24,638 bases of DNA from a virus (Duplodnaviria > Caudoviricetes): positions 1-24,638 of IMG/VR virus record IMGVR_UViG_3300027813_000086, one strand, 5' to 3'. The position numbers were made by a program, and so were the translations under genes. How positions within the stretch are numbered: the first letter of the stretch is position 1; each line of letters opens with the position of its first letter. Below the pieces are notes generated by a model that was not told where the DNA came from, made no database searches, and saw only the letters and a list, made by a program, of their open reading frames with translations. This document shows, one piece after another, positions 8,501-20,500 of this stretch.

Positions 8501-11500
8501 TTTACATCTAATGTGTGCAGATCTTGCTTTACCTTTACCAAGAACAGGACTTAGTCTAGTAACTGTTCCAGTATCTCCAAATGATCCTATAATTTGTACA
8601 GTAGGGCTTGTTAAATAACCACTGCCTGTATTTGTAACTTTAACACTTGTTACTTTACCAGATGTACCAACAAATGCTTCTGCTGTTGCACCTGTGCCGC
8701 CACCGCCGGTAATAATAATCTTAGGAGGAGTATTATAACCACTTCCTGCATCAGCAATGTTAAACGATACAACTTCAAAACCTACAGTATCAATCCAATG
8801 TTTGCCTGGATATGTTAAAACGTTTGCATCACCTACTGAAATTTCTCCATTAACAATTTTAACATCCTGTGGTATAATTTTTCCTTCTTGATCACTATAG
8901 AATGGTGAAAGATCAAAGTCTGTTATAACATTACTTGCTGGATCAACTTTTTCATAAGAACTTAAATATTCTCTAATCTTAGTCTTGTAAGGTTTCATTT
9001 CTTCAACATACTGTTGGTAACTAGGCAAGTTATCATTTTGGAATGTAACTTTTTGTTTTAGCTCACCAATATTATGTTTTGCTTTTACAAAACTTGTTTT
9101 AAATACCCAGTCAACATTAGGTTGTTCTGAAAATACATAGCGTATACCTGCAAAGAATAACTCATTCCAATGAACTGCAAGATTATCTACAAAAATATCT
9201 GATTTTAAAATTTCAAGTATTTTTCTAAATTCTGTATTTGGTTCTGTATCATAAAATATTTTATCAAAACTTGCGCCATCAAATGCTGTGTTACTTGAAT
9301 TAACATCGTAAAGGCTATTTTTAAATACAATGGTTCCGTTTTCTCTACCAATTGTTTGATAACCTAACGTATAGTCTTGTGCATCTGTATTACTAATTTT
9401 TCTTAGTAATAACCAACCGCCTGTTCCAACATTATTAATTTTAATAACATCATCAATTTGATCATCGAGTGCATAAATTTGATAACTAGAATCAATAGTA
9501 TGATTTACAAATGTAAATTGATTGTATCCCGATAAGTACCAGTCTATATAATTCCAGTATAAATTAACATCATAACTTTGTGTTAATGTTCTTAAATATT
9601 CTGTGCCATTCCATTGGTATATACTCCACTTACTACCAATAGTTTCGTCGCTCTTAACAAGAACTGCAAATTTTCTAACAGTAATTAATACATTACTTGT
9701 ATAATCTCTACCGCCATTAACAATATTAACAGCTGATATTGCTCCATTAGCATTAAGTGTAAATTCTAATACTGCACCAGAGCCTTCTATATCTGTAATT
9801 TTATACGTAGGCACGTTAATGTACCCTGTACCTGCATCATTAATTAACACATTAATAATAACGCCGTTTTCGACTTCTAATGTTAGGCTAGCAGGTTTAA
9901 CTCTAGCAACACTAACAAATCCTATCTCAGCATAACTGTCAGATGTTGTATCATATAATCCTGTTGCTATAGTAGGTTGAGGATCAAATCCAGTTAATTT
10001 AGTTAGATTAAAATCATCAACAATTAAATGCTTGCTTAGTGTATTGTTTGTTCTTTCAATAAACTGTTTACGTGCTTCTGTTCTATTAACAAACCAACTT
10101 TGTCTTGGGTCATTTAACGCACCGTACTTCTCTTTAGTTGGCAAATTAATATCTGGTACTGGTCTGTCATTCTTGTCAAACCCAACTAAACTATCAAACC
10201 ATTTTTGTTCAATTTCAGCATTAGGCACACTTGACTCTAACCCATCAGTAACTAATTGATACTGAAGGTGTGTAGGTTGTTGTTGGTTTTCAATTGTCCA
10301 CCAGTTAAAGCTAATTGCAGTATCTCTGTCGTTAATAAATGCTTGACAATTATGTAACGCATATCTATTAGATCCTAACATAGCAACAAATTTATATCCT
10401 AATCCTGCTGGATCTGAAATTAGTCTAGATACATTAGATGCACTTATTGATCTATTCTCTACATTTGGTTTTGTTGCTTTGTTTAATACCCAATAGTAAT
10501 AATATGTTGTAAATGTTTGAGATATTTCGTCAAACTTTCTTCTAACACTGTATGCTCCGTCGCCATATAAGGTAGTTCCGCTAATGCCTTGATCAAGAGC
10601 CGCTGTAGATCCTGTTTCAGCGTCCCATGCACTTGGTAATAAAGTAGATTCTACCCATTCATAAACATTAACTGTTGTTCCTGGAAAAAGTTTATTAAAT
10701 GTTGCTGATGCTTCTGTAATATCGCCTTGATGATGATTAATAAACTTAGCACTATCAATATCCCACCATAACTTACCAATCCATTTATCGCTGGTGTAGT
10801 CTGAATTTGCAGTTATTGTAGAAGCTGTTGTAGTGTTTGAATATCTTGCTGGGTCATAGCTTGTTTTAAAAGTAATTTCTTGTTCTGCTGGTCCTGCTAT
10901 TTTTCCTTGTATTGGATCAATATAATCTAGGTACGTAAGTAAGCTATTAGTATTTACATCATATAAGTATACACCTTTAAACTTACTAGTATCTGCTGGA
11001 AGTATTGGCGATCTTGTAATTGACCAAGATGCTGTGTTTACTGGTTTTCTGTACTCAGCAACTAAGCCTTTATCAATTACACTACTATTTGGTACTTGCT
11101 GTTTTGGTAATCCAATGTAAACATGGTTATTATTTACAAGCATCCTACTACCAAAATCTTGTGTATCTAAATCATATGCAAAGTCTTGACTGTACAGTAG
11201 CGTATTATTAACTGTTTCGTATAAACTTACAACACCGCTTCCTCTATCAGTAACTTTAAATGGTGTTGAAGCATTATCTAATGAAGTAGTATTAGAGTCA
11301 AATGTTGTTGCTGTGACAATATCTCCGCCTCTTGATGTAACTGCAAGTGTATTACCATCAAAATCTAATTTAAAACCAAACTGTGTATTAGGTTGCGTTG
11401 TTACCGGTCGAATAGTTTGACTATAACTAAATGTTGTTCCATTTTGTGTATAAATGTAAACTGCACCAGCATTGGATTCTATTTCGCTATTTAATGGAGC

Positions 11501-14500
11501 GCCAACTGCAATCTTAGTACCGTCATTTGATACTGCAATAGTAGTACCAAAATCTTCAGTTTGATTAAAAGGTTCTAATATTTGCGAATATTCATAATTT
11601 GAACTGTTAAGTCTGTATACTACAACTTTTCTATTTGCAATACTACTATCTAATCCTAGTACTGTATCTCCAGATTCAATTTCGTATACACTTGTATACA
11701 TTGAATTGGCAATTAATACTTCTCCGTCTGTACTAACATCAAAATCAGTACCAAATGCTTCTAAGTTTCCTTGATCAAGTGTACTTTCAACTAACGAGAA
11801 GTTTGTATCATTAGGCACGTACCCTAGTAAATCTAATCCAGTAGTTTGTGCAGTCCATTGACTAACATTAAACACTCCAGGTATTAAATTAGTATTTGCT
11901 TTATATACTGTTTCTCCAAATCTAACATATTCGTTTTCAAAATAAGTTGCTGAAGTTCTAAAGTTTCCTCTATAAGTTTTCTGTACAGATAATGCCCAAT
12001 CTTCTGTAGAATTTTTATTTATAAAGTATATTCTACCCTGGTTAGCTTCTGTTCCATCACCTTCAGCATGAACATAAAGTTTATAACTAGAAGAATCTGG
12101 TTGTACAAATCTTAATTTTGTTCCTAATTTTCTATTGTCAGCACTATTAGGTACTGTAAAATAATTAATAAGACTGTAAGTAACACCTTTCATTTCATAA
12201 ACTGCAAATGTACCTTGTTCACTTAACCCTGTTCCGTAGCCTTCTGCAACAACAGGAAGATTATATACTCTTGTCCAGTCTAAGTTAATTGATGATGGAG
12301 GATTAGCACTATCAGTAATACCTTCAATAGTATTTGAAGAATAAATCCAGTACTCTAACTCTCTTAAATAATTTGTGCCTCCAACAACTACAGGAATATT
12401 AACTGTATTATCAATAACCAGTATAGGTCCTGATATAGTATTTTCCATATGTGCTGAATTAATAGGACCAATAGTTCTTACAGTTGAATCGTTTTCAATA
12501 AATGTTGCATTTGAATTTGTGCCAAAGTCTGATCCTACTGCCCAAGTTCCGTTTCTATTCTTAACATAAATTTTTGCTGTAGCAAATGATCTTTCAATAA
12601 ATGCAATTTCAGCTGTTGAACTTGTTGCAGTGTCTGTTAGAATATCTCCAACATTTGGAATAAACGGATCTCCATTTAAATCAAAGTTTGTTAATCTAAC
12701 TTCTACATAACCGTTCCATACATCATAAACAGTATGCTCTGTATTATTAATATATGTTGAAGTTAAACCAATAACTGAAGGGTCTTGCACTAATCCATTA
12801 ACACGAATGTCATTTAACCAAATTCGTGTTTTATCACCTGATGTAATACTGTTTCCGTGTGCTAGTGGTGTTCTAATCCACCACTTACTATCAAGTACTT
12901 GTACGTTACTCTGTCCTTGTGTATGAGAAAGTATACCAAATTCGCTAACTTTTGTTGGTTGTAAAATATCTTGTAACTGTTTAGTGTCTAAAATATTACT
13001 AAAATAAGGACTGTTAACTACGTTACCTTCTAATGTAATATTTTGTATTACTAAATTTGCATTTTTTTCTGTTAATTCTGATGAAGTAAATGTTGATCCA
13101 GCATTAACATACCACCAGCCTGTATGATAATCATCAGTAATTTGAAGTACTTCTTCATATTGCCCAACTAAGATACCATTTGCATATATTGATCCTGATC
13201 CTGTAAATGATCCGTTTACATTTTTAATATAAACTTGCATTTCATTTTCATCATTAATTCTTCTATAAGCTAATGTTGCTCTACAAGTATCAGTTGTTAT
13301 TTCAATACCTGCCGCAGGTACTGATAATGCACTTTGAATGTGTGCAATGTGTTGTACCTTTTCAACAATAGTATGTTGGCCATTAATAAGTGCTTCGGTA
13401 ATTACGCCACTGTTGTTAAAAGGTAATTTACCTACTTGATTACTAGTTGTATATTTGTTCCATTTAAGAGTTAATATATCTCCAGGCTTAGTTCCTTCAA
13501 ACTGTTCTTTTTCAGCTCTGATTAAAATATGATCTGTGTCTGAATTAGCGCCTAATGTATAGTCTCCTCGTACAATATACTCAATGTCTGGATAGCTTTG
13601 AGTATTACTTACATAATCGTTACCTTTAGCTTGAACATTAGATGAATGATTTTGATATAGTTGTAAAGCGTCAGCTTCTATATTTCTTGCCGCTTTCCAC
13701 AATTGATCTGAATATAGCACAACATCGTTTTGTACGTAACTAATGTTATTTTGGTAATCACCTTTTAGCTTGCTTTTAACATTTGAAGCATGTGGTGAGC
13801 CAATTGCAAGATATTTGCCATCTGGGCTCATTGCAACACTTTGACCAAATCCGCCATTTGAATCAAACAAGAATAGTTGTTCATCTATTTGCTGTAAGAA
13901 TCCAAAGTCTGTATTATCACTAGGTCTTTGAAAAACATAAACGCTACCATTTAAGTCTTTAGGTGCAGTAATTGCTATACGGTTATTATTTTTTGCTACA
14001 CTAACTGCACTGCCAAAGTCTTTTTCAGTAGAATCTAGTAGGCCGGCCGAAGTATTAACAATATTAGGTTTTAATTCAAAAACTTGTTTATTTTTTAGAA
14101 CAATCCACTTACCTGTGTCGTCATCGTCAACCCAAATTGTATTAGTTGCATTGTTATTTCCACTTAGACTAAACAGATTGTTTGGATCTTTTTTAATACT
14201 ATCATTAGCTAGTGATAATGTAGAAAGTCTTGCTAATTTAAATTCTGTAATAAATCCATTTACTACTGCATCAGCTTCTGTTGCTTCAATATCTTCGCCT
14301 TCAACGGATTCTAGTTTAACAATGTCAAGTTCAATACTGTCAACTTTGTAATATCCATTAGTTGCATCTGATACATTATGAATTCCAATAATTTCACCTT
14401 TTACAAAGTTGGATTGTTTATCTAAAGTAATTGTAAATATATTTGATTGGCTTTCACTTACTGCTGTAATTTTATATTCTGTTGTTTGTGACTTATATAC

Positions 14501-17500
14501 TCCCCATGTTTGTTGAGTTTTGTCTGTAGCAGTCCAAATATAACTACCTGAGGAATATAAAGGTTGATCTAAAATAGCGTCATATGATACAAGCGATGCT
14601 GTAATGTCCGTAGGATTTACATAGCCTGCTGTTTTAGTATAACTGTTATTATCATTAAAGTATTTTGTAGGTAAAGGCTTATGATCATAGTTATCTGGTT
14701 TAACATATACACCATTTCTATCTAACCTATAAATTAAACTTGTATCTTGAGGATTGATTGAATCAACTAATTCAATTAGTTGAGGTTCTTGTCTATATCT
14801 TGCTTCGTCAAGTATTAAATCAAACTGTTCGTCACCTGTTGTTGCTCCGTAACGTCCTACACGTACAGCCCATTCTTCAAAAAATTCTAAACTATCTTTA
14901 TTAGCACTTCCTAGTTTGTCAAAAAGTTTTGTAAGAACATTTTTTGTGCCTTTGTCTGCAATCGCTCCTTGGTAAAATTTATATTGACTTACATCATCAT
15001 TAATAATGTTTTCAAGATACTTACGCTTTTGATATCCTGTTAAATGTTGTGCTAGTTTCTGTTGTTCACTATCAAAATTATCTGAGTCAAGATCGTAAAA
15101 GTCTGCAAACTGCCTTGCTTTATAATCAAAATTAGGTAGTAGTTGTTGTTCAGGCTTTTCATTTAATCTTACAAAGTTTGCATTTGTAAATTTTTCAGTT
15201 CCGGTTACCTTTTTTGTAGCAACATAATAAAACTGCTTGTGTTTTACTAATGCTCCAATTGAGTAATCTTGCCAAGAAGTCCATTCAACTGGTTTTGCAT
15301 CATCAAAGATAAATCCTGGAATATTATAAGAACCGTTCCATTCATCTGAACGGTAACCTTTAACCTTAATTCTTTCTTGTCTATATCCCTGTGCTCTATT
15401 ATAAATTACGTCACCAAATACAGTACTGTTATCAATAATAATTGCATGTTCGTGTTGTATTACTGGAATTTTAAGATGATATATTCCATCGTTTGTATTT
15501 CTTACAAAAATTCCGAAATCATTTGTATTGTCACGCTCGGTTGTTGCAAAATCTGCAAGTAATCTTTTGCCATCTGCTTTTAATAAACTATAATCATAAA
15601 AATTATCGTATATGTCATCAACTACAACATAAGGCTTTGTAAATTCAATTTGTCTAGCACTTGGACTTAATGTTAGTATAGTTCCGCTATCCCAAGCCTG
15701 TGTAGTCCAGAATAAAAATTCTTTAGCACTTAGTACCCAGTTTTCAATTTCTTCAATGTCTTGGTTAAAGTTATTAAAACTAAATCCTACACGAGTTAAG
15801 TATTCTTGATACCCAAGTAATAGATCAACTACCTCTTGTTTTTCTCTAAGCAGTGTACCGTACGGCATTTCTTTTAATTCTGTTTCAAAATTTGTTCTTA
15901 TATATGCTGATGCGCCGCCTTCTTCAGGTAACTCAGCTAATTTTTGGAAATTATCTTGGTTAAATGCATCGCCTGCTGTATGAGATAGTTTTACTCTATA
16001 ATACGAATCAGCTACTTCAACAATTTGTCCTGCTTGATATGTTTTTCCTGTTGTCCAGACTAAAAAGTTTTCACTAACGCCGCCAACTGTTATTATCCGA
16101 TCACTATTCTTTGTTCTAATAGGATAATGTCTAAATACTGGATTATCTTTGTCATATCCTTTAACAATATACCCGCCTGGCGCAATTTCAACTATAACAC
16201 CACTATAAGAATATACATCTAAAGGAACACTTTTAGTCAAGTGTATTTTATAGTTTTCTTCTGGTACAAAAACATTACCTTCATTTGTTGGCGTTCTTGA
16301 ATCTAATATTAATCTAAATTTAGATTTTTGTGTAAAGCCACCAATTTTAGACCCTAGTTTATTTTCTATTGCTTTTAAATTTTTTGTGTACTCATTAAAT
16401 CTAAGTGTGTCATTATCAATTAGGTATCCTTGCATATAGTTTACAATACCTGCTGTAAATACTCTTGATGCATCAGTTGCACTATTTGGAAATACTAATT
16501 TGTTTAATTCAATGCGTTTACTTGTATCTTTATAGACCAACTGCTCTGCACTATTACGTACAATTCTACTTCTATCAAATGCTAAACCAAAAAACTGTGC
16601 TGGTTGATTTAATGCCCAAGATATCATTAAACTAAACGGAAAATGTGAACTTCTGCGCCAAGCAGTTTCTACTGGTCCTTCATCTCCAAATGCAAATTCA
16701 TTGCCATTTGTATTAGGAATATTACCTACAGCATAACCAGTTGCACTTGGTGCTAATAAGTTTCCATTAGCATCAGTTGGAATATACTTGTAAATATCTT
16801 CGTTTTTAAATTTGTTTCTGTAAGTTACTTTTGATCCTTCTGCACCTCTTACAATACCTTTAGACAAATCTTCCCAAAGTAGTAAGTTACTATTTGTATA
16901 CGGTGCTGTGCCATACTCAGTATCAAACCAAGTTGGCTTTTCTTTGAACCCAAGTACTTCCCACGGATGACTATGAGGTCTATCTGTGTTATAAAAGTCT
17001 TTGTATATTGATCTCCAAAAACCAGTTAATGGGGTTCCGCTTGGATCTCCTGCTGATGCATAGTTATATGTAAATCCGTCGCCATTCCTATAAAATGTAT
17101 TAGATACATAGTCTGGTGTTCCTACAGTTTCTAACCAACTATTAAACTCTGAAATCATTGTTTTAGAAACTTGTCTTCTAGTAAAGCCTGTTGTTCTAGC
17201 TTTACTAGGAATGTAGTCTACAATATCTAAAACATTTTCGTTATACGGAAGTTTTAAGTTGTTATAAATTCTTTTTTCAAGATCTAACAATAAGTTATCT
17301 CTAAAATCTCCAAAACATCTCCACAAAGATCCATCATGACCTTGTAGCATTGGTCTTGCACCTTCATACTCGTTATATGTTTGACTGTCATTAGTAGCAT
17401 GATTCATTGTGCCGTTTGGCATATAAAATAATGTATTAGTTCCTGCAAATACATGAACGTGTGCTGTACCGTTTCCACTTGCGGCAAGGTCTGCTTGTTG

Positions 17501-20500
17501 TGCTGATACTTCATCAGTATATAAAGGATAGAACCAACCAACTTTGCCTTTGTATGACAGTGTGGTTGTTTCGTCTCTACCATATACCTTCCACGGACCT
17601 GTTACGTCTGTTGGAGTTTTAATATAAGTGTCGTCTAAGAAAATTTCTGGAGTAAACTTAGGATATAGTCCTAACTTTGTAGGTGTAGGTGGCACCCAGC
17701 AACCGTCAGTTGACATGTATTCGTAAACATCTAGTACATCTCCAGCTGTTGGAGCATTTAATAATGTTAAAAATCCATCTGTACTAACTGTGTAGTCTTT
17801 GCCAAGTACTAGTTGTTTTTCATTTAGGTATGCTAATACTGCTTTTTCAGATAACATTGTAAAGTCAATACCACGTGTTAACGAAAATATTGTTTGGGAT
17901 TGATCTTCAATGTTATGCTTTACTGATGTTTCGCCACCGTTGGCTAACATGTCACTAAAGTAAAATGAATCTTTATTAGTTTTATTTGAGTTAAGCTCTG
18001 TAAGTACTTTATCAACATGTACTTTATCAAATCCTTCGAATCCTAATTCATTTGATACTTTTAAAAATTCTCTTTTGAACTTAATGTATTCAAATGCCGA
18101 CCATTTCATTGCTTCAATAGCATCGTAGTCTTTATCTGTTAAATTATATAACGCAAGGTTAACTGGGCCACTATGTTGTACAAATTTTAATCCGTACTGT
18201 GACGAATTACCTAAATCACGTAAATTACTAACACCAGGATATGTACCTTTAAATCCAGTTACATTGTCAACAATACTATTAACATGATCTAAAACTTCTC
18301 CTAAAGTAAATGTATTAACATTTTCGTTTTGAGGATTCTTTTCAAAGTTAATTGGAAACTCATAATGTCCTAATCCGTTTAGTTTTTTAGCACTAGATGT
18401 TGTTTTTAAGACTAGTTTATCGTTTACTACTAAATTTGTGTAAAATGCAACATACGCATATCCGTTGACACGGTTAATAGTATAATCAACTCCATCTCTT
18501 TTACGAGTACTGTTTACATAAACTTTGATTTCTAAATCATTTAAATCACCACTATTATTATAAACATCAATAATAAAATTATTAGTTCTATCTGCTACTG
18601 TAAACTGATCAACAACAGGTTGTGAAGATTTTTTTGGTGCTTTAGTCCAACCCGATACGTTTGCATACGAAGTTCTGTTAGTATATTGTCTTAATAATGC
18701 TGTGTCCGTACTAACTGTATACACATCTGCTAATTCATCATATTGATAAGTGTCTGATAATAAATTAAAATCAAAAACAATATCACCACTATTTTCAATA
18801 GTTCTATAACTTAAAGGAAATCCTAGTTCAGTATCATTAGTTCCTGTACCAACTTTATAACTAAACACTTTGTTACCAGTAAATGTACTTGACTCTAATG
18901 TAGACAACTGTGTGCCTGCATCATTGTATAAATCAAACAACGGTTGTTGATTAACTTTTGTTTTGTCTTGTGTTTGTTTCCAAGTAGTTCCGTTGTAGTA
19001 AAAGATCTTACCTTTAAAATTTGTACCTGATTTTACAAGAACTGTTTCATTTGTTAATGGTGTAGTGTCTGTAGTTTCTTTTAATGCAAGTTGAGTTTGG
19101 CCGTTTTGGCTAATAAAACTAACTTGATAAATTTTGCCAGAAACAAAACTATCAGGATCTGCTGTAAACAATACACGCATTCCTGACACAAGTTCAACGC
19201 CGTCAACAAAGTAACCTGCTTGTCCTTCAATATCTGAAAACACATCTTTAGTAACTGTATCAACTAAATCAACTGCTGTTTTTGCTTCGGTACCAAAATT
19301 ATAAAGTTTTAGTCCTGCATCAAATTCAATAATTGGTCTTGTAGCTCTGTAGTTTTGATCTAAAACTACAGGAACATTATTAATTTCCGCAATAGTTTCA
19401 ATAACACTTTTATGTGTCCATTTGTTATAACGTGACCATTGATTACTATCTTTAGATGATCTATTAATAACAATGTAATCTTTTAATATAGCATATGACG
19501 TTGCATCATCAAATGGTAACGAACTAAATCCTTGTGCATCAAATTCAGTAGAAATATCAGTTAAGTAATCAGCAGTAATAACTAGATCTTCTTCTGCTAT
19601 TAGTTTAATAGAGTCGCCGACTCCTTCAACATACCAATTTCCTTTACCGTATTTCGCTGGTGTAATTGTTCCGTAAAACTTTACTTTCATACCATTGGTT
19701 AATTCATAACCAGTTTGCATAGTATAAGTTTTTTTACCTATAATTTCATCGCCAACATTTAATTGAGTATTGTCTCTAACATCTTTGATAATAATAAGTC
19801 CTGATGCCTCAATATCGTTTCCGTTTGCATAATATAAAGTATCTGGTGATTCTAATCCTACAGTCCAAACAATAATACCCTGTTCTACTTTTTGTTGGCT
19901 TACACCGACATTATATAAACTTGTGTCGTCATCAATAGTATTAGTAGTTCTAATACTAAAAGGCATATCAATACAATCAATATCAAAGTTATATGTTTGA
20001 CCTCTGTATAGAGTAATTGTTGGATTGCTTACTTTGTTTTCTTTACTAAAGATATAAGAGTTATTATCTATATTGTCTTGACGCTGTACTGCGAATGTAC
20101 TAGTAATATTCCTTGCTGTTCCGTAAACTGGAATTTCATTAGGACCTGCCGGTAACCAGTAGTATTCTCTAAAGTTTACAAACTTGTCCCAATTAACATG
20201 TGGGTTCCAAGCATAGTATTCTTGCGAACTATACATACTATGATTATCATTATCTGTATTTCTAATTTTACTACTGTTTACGTAATCTCGATAATCACCA
20301 TAGTAAGTTGTATTACCTAAGTTATCAGTAACAGTAGCAATTGGTTCAAGTTGATAATTTTCTCTGTCTGCTGAAACGTCAGCAACATAATTGTCAGTAG
20401 ATTTAAATGCTTTTGCATCTCTACGTCCAATGTAGCCATCAATCTTTTCAATTGACCCGGGTTGAGTTAACTGATCAATTGTGCTACTTAGAAACTTTTT

